From Octopus bimaculoides (Eukaryota), in contig NC_069001.1 in NCBI RefSeq assembly GCF_001194135.2, positions 28,773,873-28,837,872 of the forward strand: a stretch of 64,000 nt of DNA, in the 5' to 3' direction. Every line of letters starts with the position of its first letter. Within the stretch, counting starts at the first letter, position 1. Below the pieces are notes generated by a model. It searched no databases. It saw only the letters and a list, made by a program, of their open reading frames with translations, and was not told where the DNA came from. The translations under genes were made by a program, and so were the position numbers. This document shows, in pieces, positions 39,976 to 52,135 of this stretch.

Positions 39976-41679
39976 CGAAAAAAAGGAAACAAACAAACAA
40001 ACAAACAAAAAGAAATCGATCAACCACTGCAGTAGTAAAAATCTCCCCAGAAATTGGATTAGATTTAAATCGATTATCACTGCAGTACATCATTCTCACA
40101 AGAGTTTGGATTTGATTACGAACAACATAAGACAATCACAAAATAAGAGAACAGACAAAAAAGAAAATGTAAACGAGGTACGTATATGAGACACGTATGA
40201 CGAGGAAAAATGAACGATGTTAAATGGGTCTCCGTACATATCCAATACTTTCTTGTATTAAATATCTATTGAAATAAACTGATTTCGACTTGTTTGAACA
40301 AATTCAATCTCGATTGAGAATATGTAACAGCCAAAAGGTTGTTACACAGAAAAGATGTGTATTGTAATCAAAGGAGTACTTACATGTCTATAATTCAAAT
40401 GACACATGTTTCCTGGGTGGAAAATTGGGATTTGCAACATCGTTGCTAACAAAATACGAACGGAAATAGAACAATCTCGCTAAATCACTTAACATACATT
40501 CCGACGTTCGGTTGCAACTACGTATAACGAAATGTATTGTGCAGCTCGTATATATTTTTACCTCCGATGCAAGATCTGAATACGAAGATCATTTTAAAAT
40601 ATTGAATGGAGGCTTGCTACTACTTAGTAAAGCAATACAACGAACATTATTTTCTATGGCAAAGCTCATAAAAGTATATTAATAAACATAGCATTACGGA
40701 AGTACTATTATAACGATATATAAATGTAAGCTTAAAAGCAAATATATTCTTTTGATGTTATGATGGTGGCGATTACAGTGTTAATGATGTGCATTAGGAT
40801 GACAATAAATTTAAAATAGTAAGGCATTTAAGGAATGTATCCAACAGTTATAAAGAGTTAGATAGCCTTTTAAGATAGACACGGACACGTTCCAGATAAT
40901 AGCAATGCCGGGATCAGTAAATAGTGACTAGAACAATACAAATTGATGAAAGAACCAGAATAGACGAACAATAGATAAAACAGAAGTCACGGTGACGTCA
41001 CAATCAGATCGACCGAGATGAATGGCGCTTTTATACTTCGGACTGACGTGTATAGGAAGAAAGCTCTCTTGCATATTGGCAATATGAATTTCTGGGGCAG
41101 ATTAAGCAAGGAACAAATATATTTTAACAACAAAAGAATTACTATCTGTACAATTAAACCATCAATCTCACGGCAGCGCTTATTCCAAGAGAATTTTATT
41201 TCATCATTAATCAATCATTTACATCTATTGTGTATATTCTTACCAACATGCAGAAACACAAGCTTTGTGGTTATCCTACTATTGCTTTCTGTAGCTTTTC
41301 AGCTAAACTCTGTTCCGTTTCTTATGTATATAGTCTTCACGGTTTTTTCTTTTTTTTTTAATTTTGGGGTTGAAACATTGGTTTCATTATTTTCGTAGCC
41401 GTTAAAATAATGTACCAATCAACTATAACGAACTGGGGTTCGATATTATCGACTGGTTCTTTCCTCGGATATGTTGGCCTTTTTTTTGTTCCATGTCTTT
41501 TTTAATTAAGTTATTATAATTGAATTCCTAATGATATTTCATACATTATAATATTTGTTTACTACTTAGCAACCTACACGCAGACATATATATATATATA
41601 TATACACATAAATGTGTGCGTGTCTGTGCATGCGTATGTATTTACTTTTGTTTCAGTTTTCTTTTATTTATTCTTGCAG

Positions 41680-41847
41680 GACGTTGAAACTATTGATATG
41701 GAGGACTTCAAACACAACTTTGTGAATTTGACCGGATTTCGAATTGTGGACCCGGATAACAGCTACACGAACAAAATAATGCGGGACATGGAGATATACG
41801 AAATCCAAACCGATTTACAGCTTCTCAACAAAAGTGGATCCATGTCA
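41680..41847 (+). CDS. GRIK-like: 168-nt internal exon (phase 0/0) of the same receptor: DVETIDMEDFKHNFVNLTGFRIVDPDNSYTNKIMRDMEIYEIQTDLQLLNKSGSMS
   Basis: Polypyrimidine tract ending ttcttgcag|GAC and donor TCA|gtaagt. VNLTGFRIVD matches the iGluR ATD motif VNMTGFRIL. Has N-glycosylation sequons NLT and NKS. Confidence 0.95.
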
Positions 41848-43511
41848 GTAAGTAATACATATATCTTTATGCAAGAGACAGGGAAAGATTAAAAGAACAA
41901 GAAAAATGCAGCAAGCCTGCTTGATAGTGTTGTCAGATGTGGCCTGCAGATCATCATACAACTTGTTTTATTCTTGTCTTCCGCTTTATGAATTCACTGT
42001 GCACATACGCATTGCATGTTCACACGTCTCTTTCCGGTTCGTTCTCCAGACTGTTTATAGATCACAACCATCTCATTTACCTAAGTTCATGAGGAGCGCT
42101 TCACGCTACGATGTTTGCGGAAAGATGAAAAAGAAATGGGCCAGTGGGAGTTGTGTTAGCAATAATATTTGTTTGTCTAAATATATGTTCGTAATTGAGT
42201 ATTATGTGAATCCAAATTTGTGAGTTTCTTTTAAGCTTTATTTTTATAAGTATTTCTGTAAAGAAAAGGCGAGCATAAAAAGAGACACATACAGACAATT
42301 ACGCAAATAGGCAAGTGGGTCTAAGGGTGCATGCACATAAGCAAGCTCTTTCTCCTATCTCTCTCTCTCACCCACTCACACGCACATATACCTATATAAT
42401 ATTTTCGATATCATAAGTATTTCTAAACTTTCGAGAGAACGCGAAATAATTATTTCTTTGTAATATTGATTCTTGAGACACATCACATGAAGTTATAAAT
42501 AACAATATGCAAAATGTTGTGTTGAGAAACCATGTAGGACATACAAAATTGAAGGTTGTCTGTCCTTGCAGATATAATTTATAACCTCATGCGATGTGAC
42601 ACTGTAGCAAGTATTTAAAAATAATCATATGTATGTGTGTATGTGTCTGTGCTTATGTATATATTTAACTCTCTGTGTGTACGCCCATGTGTATGATAGT
42701 GAGTGAATATATTTGCTCAGCTTATCTGATTATTATATATCCATCTCCCATCGTATATGTTTGTGTATGATGTATACATATGTGTGTGAATGTATATATG
42801 TATGCAAAGATATTTGAAGCATATAACTTAAATCATTGTATTGCAAATATTTTTGTTCTGATATCAATGTTTTCTTAGTTAAATATTTTCACGAGACAAG
42901 TTACATTTAATATCGGCAGTATTCAAGTAGATTGATGTATTAAAATATTAAAGAAAATAGGCTAAATATTTCCATGTCAATCGGTGCATATCGTTCAAGA
43001 AATATATTGAAATAAATAACTTTGTAATACTATCCATTAACTGTACAACCAATAACAAACTAATTGAACGAGATAATAAAGAAACGATAATCGTCGTTTG
43101 TCAAGACATCTCATCGAACGAAAACATTTCGTTGGATTAACGGTTATGTTTACGTCGATACAACGCTTTTTTTTACCGTATTTTTTTCGTTTAAAATATA
43201 TTACTGCTCATATTAAATAGCAAAACTTTAAATACATTAGTCCCATATTTCCTATGTCATTAAGATTGCATTACAGCAAATAAAATAAAGGAGGAAAACA
43301 GCAAATAATTGGAAAATGAACATCGTAATATTTCGAAATTGGTGTTTCTGTTGGAAATTACTTTACATATGCCCAATCTCCATTAAAACAATAAATCACG
43401 GTAAAAACTTTAGTTTTATTTAATTGTATCAAATGATTACCAGTTGCTCCTCAACGAAAGCCTTCGTAGAAATATCCCGTAAAAATATAAACAGTAAACG
43501 ATATTACATCG

Positions 43512-43878
43512 ATTTCCAATTTTGGCACAGGGCCAGATTAAGTAAATTACGTCGACCCCAATGGTCACCTGCCACTGCTTCTATCGACTACGAAAGGCTG
43601 AAAGGCAAAGTCGACCTTGACAGAATTTGAACTTAAAACATAAAGGAAAACGTAAAATAGTAAAATTGATTTCAAATTTGAAATAAGGCTAACAATTTTG
43701 AGAGATGGTAAAGTCGATTATTTTGAAACCACCGCACAGCTGGGACTCATTTGACCGACTCCGCAATGATGAAAGAAATTGTCGACCTCTGCGGCAATTG
43801 AAATCAGACGCAACGACAGACGAAATGCCGCTGGGCGTTTTGTCGGCGTGATGAAAATTTTTCCCAGCTCACCGCCTT
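43512..43878 (-). mobile_element. Two adjacent antisense family B (B2) SINE copies
   Basis: gaaaggctgaaaggcaaagtcgacc... (43512-43645) and ...ttcccagctcaccgcctt (43670-43878). Confidence 0.8.
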
Positions 43879-44253
43879 ACGTAAATGTATAATATTAACA
43901 TCAAGCCTTCTTTCTCCGTAGAAATTCCGCCTGGATAATTGTTCTCTTTTATTACAATCGCTCAATTGATTTATACGGTAAAATTCCCGCCCTCTCTTTT
44001 CGTTTCCCCGTCGCCACACATTCTCTTGATGAAGGCCGAGGAAGGGGAAGTATATAAAGTAGGGAGAAATAAACAAAAGCGAATGAAAGGGTTAATGCCT
44101 AAAATCAGGAGGCGGAGAACACTACAAGAGGATCCTATTTAATGGTTAATATTAAGTTCATGCTGCTGCAAACGAACGGCGATGTTCTAATATCCCAAAT
44201 AGTCATTTACAAAATTAAATATCAGGTGAATGGTTTATGGCCCCATTCATAAT

Positions 44254-44577
44254 TGGCTCTCCGTCGGTTACGACAACTAGGGTTCGAGTTGAACCGATCA
44301 ACGGAACAGCCTGCTCGTGAAATTAACGTGCAAGTGGCTGAGCACTTCTCAGACACGTCTACCCTTAACGAAGTTCTTTGGGGGATTCAGCTTGACACAA
44401 AGTGCGACATAGCTGGCCCTTTGAATTACGAGTATAATTCATTTTTGCCAGCAGAGAGAAGTGAAACAACGTGAAATAAAGAGTCTTGCAGAGGGACACA
44501 ACTCATATCCGGGAATTGAACTCACGGCATTACGACCGTAAGCCAAATAACCTTACCACTTAGCCATGCGCCTTCAC
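44254..44577 (-). mobile_element. SINE family C, full length
   Basis: Same tail and head as 12642-12951; ends ...ccacttagccatgcgccttcac. Confidence 0.9.
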
Positions 44578-44652
44578 AGCACCATTTGTAGTTGTCATGT
44601 AAAAGATGTAGATATAGGTGGAGACAAGATGAATAATACTTCACATTATTCA

Positions 44653-44793
44653 TTCAAAATTCCGCTGAGTTCGACTTTGCCTTCATCCTTTCAGGGTCGA
44701 TAAATTAAGTAACAGTTACGTATTGGAGACGATATAATCACCTGGCCCCCTCCTCCCAAAATTTCGGGCCTTTTGCCAAGAGTAGAAAAGATT
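44653..44793 (+). mobile_element. SINE family B (B2) core and tail
   Basis: ttcgactttgccttcatcctttcagggtcgataaattaagt ... ggccccctcctcccaaaatttcgggcc. Confidence 0.8.
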
Positions 44794-45511
44794 ATTCTTT
44801 CAAAGTACAACGAGGATGCGACACACTTTCACTATGCCCAATACATAAAGTATCTTGTGGGCAGCTTTGTGATGCTCTCGATTTCATTGCACTCAGAGAC
44901 AGTATGTGATTCGTGAGATAGCTTTTCCCGAGATAGCAGATGTGTTTTTGTATTATATAATATTTCAGGTTGTGTACAGGATTTCTTTTTCATCGAATGC
45001 TTCAAATATTCATTGTATAAAATCCACAGCGATCACCAAGATTTTACATAGCATTTTTTAACCTCATGTATTAGCACTTTATTCGTTGGCATGTATGAAC
45101 AGTTTTGGCTTATTAATATTATTATTATTATCATCATCACTATCATTGTCATCAACATGGTCATCATCACTCTAATTATCTTAGTCATTTTTATTGTTAA
45201 TGTTGTTGTTGTTTGCTGTTGTTATTGTCATTATTACCCCATAATTATAAAACATAATTGCAATTCATTAAAATTATTACATACAAAATGATTAGTGCAT
45301 TTGCTACATGTGTTCTTCTTGATGAATATAACATACGAATGTTGTTACTTCAGTTTTGGAACTATAATCAATAAATATCATTGAGCATTCATTTCTTTCC
45401 CTCATTCCCGCGTAGGTGTGAATGCATACATGTATAAAAACGAAAGATATACTTACATATCACAAAAATTATTACTCAGAGTTTCACGTTGCCGTTCGTC
45501 GGAGAATTTTG

Positions 45512-45576
<65 letters not shown>

Positions 45577-45636
45577 AGATGAATGTGGTACTTAATTTGA
45601 GGCACCAGAATTTAGTACGGTACTATCTATACAATT

Positions 45637-45740
45637 TCAAAATAAGGTGATTAAAATCAAAATAAGCAACAAGGATATCCAGAGGTAAAGCAGTTCGATC
45701 GTACTTGTTGCTTATTTTGATTTTAATCAACTTATTTTGA
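45637..45740. repeat. Inverted repeat: 37-bp arms (1 mismatch), 30-nt spacer
   Basis: TCAAAATAAGGTGATTAAAATCAAAATAAGCAACAAG versus the reverse complement of 45704-45740. Confidence 0.9.
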
Positions 45741-45980
45741 TATATTTTGTTTTTGGATTTGGTTTGCAAGATTTTTTATGTGGTTGCGTGTGTTGAAGCA
45801 TATTCTGTTGTGTCTGGGGAGAGTCATTTTCTTATATATATATATGTGTGTGTGTGTGTGTAAATATATACGTATGTAGCAAGTTCGTGTGTATATATAT
45901 GTGTATATATATTTATATATATGTGTGTGTGTATGTATGTAAACATATACGTATGTAGCAAGTTCGTGTGTATACATATA

Positions 45981-46136
45981 ATTAAAATTAGGATTCAGCA
46001 AGAATTGCTTCACCACACACCGAAAATTAGAAATACCAGTCAAAATTACTATTTCTCTACCGAAATTGTAGATTTGACTGCTATTTCTAATTTTCGTTGT
46101 GTGGTGAAGCAATTCTTGCTAAACCCTAATTTTAAT
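45981..46136. repeat. Fold-back element: 75-bp arms (7 mismatches), 6-nt loop
   Basis: 45981-46055 versus the reverse complement of 46062-46136. Confidence 0.9.
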
Positions 46137-46784
46137 AACATTTATACAACTTTACCGATAGTGGTTTTTTAACACACTGCTCTACTTGGTAAAATTACTA
46201 ATTATTAATTAATTATTAATTTTTACCTTATATCTGTAAGAATCACGCACACACACACACGCACACACACGCACGCACGCACGCACGCACGCGCACACAG
46301 AGAGAGAGAGAGTTTGAAGTCTCTGTCTCTTTTGAATATGAAAATTTAGAAGTTAAAAACCTTATAATATAAATATAAACTCTGAGAAAGACCCTTAAGG
46401 AATCTAGTTAATGATCCCCTAAGGTAAGTTCTTATGCTATATTGGTAACGGTTGCTACATCCTCTGGAAAATTATTATATATATATATATGTAGGTCCTA
46501 TGATGATATGGACGACTGACTGAATGTGTTTACAATATTTGTCTAGCTCCTGTCCTCAATGCTGTGATACCGTTAGAATGTGGTTTGTATTCTAGTGTCA
46601 CAAGTTCCATTCCTTCACTACAGTTCACTGAATATTTTACTACATTTTAAAGGCATGTATTAATTCTTGTCGAGGCATTAAATGATCATTTTGCATCAAC
46701 ATCTGCGTTCTTAGTTTATTTCTGTATCAATCGCTGCGAAGGTCAGCTACCAAACACTAAAAATCGTATAGGAAGTCATTAATC

Positions 46785-46950
46785 ATTTTGTCTGTAATCT
46801 CTTTACGTTCTGAGTTCAAATTCCGTCGAATTCAACTTTGCCTTTCATCCTTTCGGGCCAGATACATTAAGTACCAGTCGCATCCTGGGGTCGATCTATT
46901 CGACTGGCTCTCTCCCCCAAAGTGTCGGGGTTTGCTCCTAGAGTAGAAAA
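46785..46950 (+). mobile_element. SINE family B (B2)
   Basis: ctttacgttctgagttcaaattccg...gcctttcatcctttcggg...ctggggtcgatctattcgactgg. Confidence 0.85.
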
Positions 46951-47262
46951 TAATTTATTAAAAGGCAGAACCTGATTAGTCTTTAAAAAAAATTCTAGGG
47001 GTGATGGTTTAACCTCAATTAAGTACCCCATAATTTCGTTATTGTGGGATATCAAAATATTTCAAGATAATTCTACATACCTGTTAAATACAGAGAAAGA
47101 AAGAAATTACACACTCCGACTATTTCTTGAGACCTTGTGCACTATCAGTGATTAAATGTTTTTATAGGTAAAGTTAAACGTTACTGCTATGATATTCCAA
47201 ATTCTCCTACTACTACTACCACAACAAACACACACACGCACGCACGCACGCACACACACACA

Positions 47263-47306
<44 letters not shown>

Positions 47307-48789
47307 CACTGACACACACACACACTCACTCACTCACACAACCGCACACAGATTGCTAGATAGATACTTATANNNNNNNNNNNNNNNNNNNNNNNNNNNN
47401 NNNNNNNNNNNNNNNNNNNNNNNNNNNNNNNNNNNNNNNNNNNNNNNNNNNNNNNNNNNNNNNNNNNNNNNNNNNNNNNNNNNNNNNNNNNNNNNNNNNN
47501 NNNNNNTGTGTGTGTGTGTGTGTGTGTATGTGAGTGTCTGTGTGTGTATACACATGCAAACCCACACACACATTTATATTCATGCAGTTAGGCATATATA
47601 TGTGTATTTTCATTTATTTCTGCCTTATTTTCCTGTGTATAGATTTTTATTTGTATATGAGAGATCGCGAGATGTGTGGAGAGAAAAAAAAAACAGGTGT
47701 GCAGTAGAAGAGATATATAGAGATACATATTGACATAAATCTGCAGCGGAAAAATAGAAACATATTTAATACATAAAAGATGAATAGATTTCCATACAAG
47801 AGCCCTCAGTGTATTCTCTGTATGCATTGAAATTATAACATCTGTAAGAATACAAAGAACAACGACAACAACAACAGCGAATTAAAAACAAAAAAAATAA
47901 TAAAATAAATACTAATCATAAAGTATTTTGTTTTCTTTTGTGAATATGAAAACATTTATCTAGTACAAAAATGTAAAAAGAGAGACACAAGAAAACTATA
48001 TTAATTGATGAGTAAAAACAAATAGATTATAGCAATAAAACAGAATTTACTCAGTAAAAGAAAATGATTCATTGATTATTTTCCTGCTTTTGTCTTCTGT
48101 GTAAGAAACTGATAGAGAAATAGATTGGTATATGGAATGAGTTAAGTGTAAAACGTATTGTTCATTATGTTATACGATTTGATGGATACGATTTCGTATT
48201 GGGAAACAGTCGTGTTTAAAATACATAGAATATACATATTAAAAAAATGCATTCTACTCGCTAATTTTAGAACTACCTAAGAATAACAGCTGGATTTTCT
48301 CTGAAGTCATAAAGATTTGAGTTTTAGAAACGATAAACGTCCGTTTGCTTGGTGACTTATTGAAACTTGGGATATAAAGTACTGCAATACAAATTAGCTC
48401 TGAATTTAACCCCACCATTTAGAATTATTTCGACTTATTTATTCCAGATGTTGATACAAAGAGTGTAATTCCAGTTCCGATGCTGGCCTAACTTCATCCA
48501 TCTTTGAGATTCTTTATTTGTCGCTGTGAAAATTTGAAAGGGTAAAATAAGAGTGTGGATCTATGTTTTGTCATGAATACATGAACACCTAAAATAATTA
48601 GCGAAATCATGGTACGAGTTGGCAAATCATAATCTATTGCGATTGACGGGTGTTGTACATATATTAAATAGTGTACAACTAAAATGGATGATCAGCACGG
48701 GTTTTTAGGCCAGTTCGATCGAGAATGCCATTGGGTTAAGCAACAATAGTAACAACAATATCTAAATAATTATGAATCAAGACAGCAAG

Positions 48790-49395
48790 TTATGCCGTAT
48801 GCTCAGCGGCATTTCGCCTGTCTTTACGTCCGAGTTCAAACTCCGCTGAGATTGTCTTTGCCATTCATCATTCCGGGACCGATAAAATAAATACCAGTTG
48901 TGCACTGGAGTCGATGTAATCGGCTTACCCACTCCCCTTTAATTGCTGGCCTTGTGCCAAACTTTGAAATCAATATCATTTTTGATTTTATTTACTTTTA
49001 TGTTTTTGAAGGGAGTGTGCTGGCAGAATCATTAACACGGTGGACGAAGTGCTTGGTGGTATTTCGTCCGTCTTTTTTCTGAGTTCAGTTTCTACCTAGT
49101 TCGATTTTTCCTTTATTCCCTTTGAGATCAATAAAATAAGTACCATTCACTGTGTTCGATACAATCGACTTACCCTTCCTCACAAATTGCGGTCCTTGCG
49201 CGAAAATTCGAAGCCAAAGTTACTGAATCATTACAGGCGGTGAAGTGTTCTGAATCATTCGTACTTTGTGGAATTTTATCGGAGTTCAAATTCCACAGAC
49301 GTTGACTTTCCTCATTCCAGAAATAATGAAATATTTGCCGATTGAGCACTGGAATCAAAGAAACTGGCTAATTCCCTCTTCTGAAATTTCAAGCT
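48790..49395 (+). mobile_element. Three tandem sense family B (B2) SINE copies
   Basis: Cores near 48830, 49075 and 49280, each with gagttca(a/g) and a B2-like tail. Confidence 0.75.
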
Positions 49396-49517
49396 ACAAC
49401 AGAAATAAAATTATTACTAAATTTATTATGTCATCCCTTTACTGGTCTTTATTGGTTGATCAGTTTTCACTAACAAGACCCCCAGGTCAAAAGCTTTCTA
49501 GTGTATGTGTATATATA

Positions 49518-49750
49518 TATTTCTTTATTGCCCACAGGGGGCTAAACATAGAGGGGATAAACAAGAACAGACAAAGGGATTAACTCGATTACACCGACCC
49601 CAGTACGTAACTGGTACTTATCTAATCCACGCCGAAAGAATGAAAGGTAAAGCCGACCCCGGCAGAATTTCAACTGAGAACATAACGGCAGACGAAATAC
49701 TGCTAAGAATTCCGCCCGGCGTGCTAACGTTTCTGCCAGCTCGTCGCCTT
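49518..49750 (-). mobile_element. SINE family B (B1), full length, antisense
   Basis: tatttctttattgcccacaggggg...gctaacgtttctgccagctcgtcgcctt. Confidence 0.92.
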
Positions 49751-49795
<45 letters not shown>

Positions 49796-50966
49796 AGAGA
49801 GAGAGAGAGCAATGTATTGTGCAATGTAGTTTTGTATACCTTATTTAAGGTGATACGTAATAAATAAGGAAATTTTGGATGCTAATTTTCGACACGACGT
49901 AGTAACGTTATAGTTCTCTTTATGATATTAATTAGCTTCACATGATAGTTGGTTTCGCATAATTTGTTCGAATCCTTCCAGCTTCAACACCCCTCCCCAA
50001 CTTCTTTCACAAGCATGATTCGTATAAGACTCTGAAATTTTGCCTGTATCCTACATATACATTTACATATATAGCCATTTTTAGTAAACCTAATTTCATT
50101 TATTAACAGCATTTATGTATATATAACAACACGCAATTCATTCCGTATAGCAAATTTAACATACTGTTGCTTCAAATTATACTTGATTATGTAGAGATAG
50201 CATACGTATGCAGTACGACAACGCCCAATTCTCCTATAGACAATGTATCTTTCCATTCACGTCAGAAATACAAGCCTTAGCTAAAACCACTTTCACTTTT
50301 TTTTTTCTACACATTTGTAGAGCGCTCACAATTATCGATACCACTTATCATTCCACTTAAAGACATATAAGATCTCTTCTTAAGTAGACAGTTTTTAAGC
50401 AATACTCTAAAAGTAGAAGAATGGCTCTAATACCTCGAATATTTCCTTCTGACAAATCTGTATCACAATTTATCTTTTTTTTTTATCTTTCTTCTATTAA
50501 TTCCTCTAAATTACACTCATTCATATCCTCGTGCAAACACTAATTGTTATTTTCTTTACCTGAACGTTGAAGTTTTTGAATTCTCAAACTGAAGACGTCA
50601 GCTTCAGAAACTTTTACCATAATTTACCTTAGCTAATGCATTTCAATCTGATTATCTCATATTTATTACCCTTTAACACGTTTTATCACCAATTATTATG
50701 TTTTTTAATTCTTAAGCTACATAGTTTATATTTTACCCTTTATCGTGTTTAAATTCACTAAATTATAGCACATCATAAATTCATTTTTACAATAACCTGA
50801 AATATTTGATAAATCGCACCTCTATATTTTTTGATCGCTCTTAACAATTTTAAAGGCAGTGAATATAAAAAGAAATCCTCTCAGCGAATATACTTAAAGA
50901 AAAATAACCGTTTTCTAGTTAATATTCAAGTCTCCATAAGAGACTGTCAGAATGTTGTAGACGCCT

Positions 50967-51001
50967 CTGATGAGAACCCAATAAGGTTCGAAAATCGATT
51001 A
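50967..51001 (+). ncRNA. Minimal hammerhead-ribozyme core lacking helix I
   Basis: CTGATGA-GAACC-CAATAA-GGTTC-GAAA-ATCGAT-TA: perfect 5-bp helix II, palindromic helix III AATCGATT, UUA triplet. The flanks do not pair. Confidence 0.55.
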
Positions 51002-51219
51002 AACACGGTGAGCTGGCAGAAATGCTAGCACGCCGGGCGAAATGCTTAGTGGAATTTCGTCTGTCTTTATTTTTCTGAGTTCAAATTCCGCCCTGGGCGA
51101 CTTTGCCTTTCATCCTTTCGGAGTCGATAAATTAAATACCAGTTGCATACTGGGGTCGATCTAATCGACTGGCCTTCTCCCCCAAAAATTTGGATCTTGT
51201 GTCGAGGGTAGAAAAGAAT
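51001..51219 (+). mobile_element. SINE family B (B2), well preserved
   Basis: ggtgagctggcagaaatgctagcacgccgggcgaaatgcttag ... gtagaaaagaat. Confidence 0.92.
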
Positions 51220-51862
51220 ATTTAGATCCCCATACATACTGTATGTATATTATAAGTTACTTTGTAAATGTTAAGTTACTACTTCTCAAAAATCTGTTTA
51301 ACTCTATAACAATCGTTCAGTTTGAGTATTCTACTATTTATATTTCTGCTCTCAGTCTGATTTCTTTATAGTTTTCCAGTTATATTCATTTTATGACTTC
51401 AAATTTAATTATCCAACTTCCTTTCATAATTTGTTCCTACAAACATCCATGAGGGCTTATTTCTTTTTAATTCATCTAATTTCACATACATTGAGATTTA
51501 GTATCATTTACTAGCATAAATAAAGAAGGTATCGATTTTATATTTGATACAGTGTTTTTCTTTTACATTAATTCAATATACACACAAACTCACGGTATTT
51601 ATACCTTTCTTTAATTTATATAACTCAATCTTATATCCTTACTTCCCATGATTCAATTTGGAAAACAGTTGTATTTAAAATATATAAAATGTAGTAATAG
51701 TAAAAATCGCTATTACAGCATTTTAAATTTCATATTATACACGATTCCAACATACATAGTTATCTGTATATTATTTTCATAGGTAATAGTTACTTGTATT
51801 ATTTCTTTCCTCTCGTTTATTATATGCACATACATACATACAAGCACATATACATATATATA

Positions 51863-52135
51863 GTCTCACTCGGTCGGTTACGACAAGGGTTCCAGTTGAT
51901 GCGATCAACAAAACAGCCTGCTCGTGAAATTAACGTGCAAGGGGGTGAACACTCCACAGACACGTTTACCCATAACGTAGTTCTCGGGAGATCAGCGTGA
52001 CGCAGAGTGTGACAAGGTTGACCCTTCAAATTACAAGTATAAGAGAAACAGGAAGGAAGAGCGAGAGAAAGTTGTGGTGAAAAAGAACAGCAGGGTTCGC
52101 CACCACCCACTGCCAGAGCTTTAGGTGTTTTCGTT
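51863..52135 (-). mobile_element. Retroposon with the family C tail on a different body
   Basis: 51863-52037 matches the C tail; 52038-52135 (gaaacaggaaggaagagcgagagaaagttgtggtg...) does not match the C core. Confidence 0.7.

Noticed and set aside
40993-41000. Palindromic CRE site TGACGTCA upstream of the third exon (others near 14416 and 63681)
   Set aside because: A few 8-mers in 64 kb are near chance expectation; no supporting context.
42049-42223. Pyrimidine-rich acceptor and open frame TVYRSQPSHLPKF... just after the third exon
   Set aside because: The peptide does not resemble the next ATD segment and there is no convincing in-frame donor.
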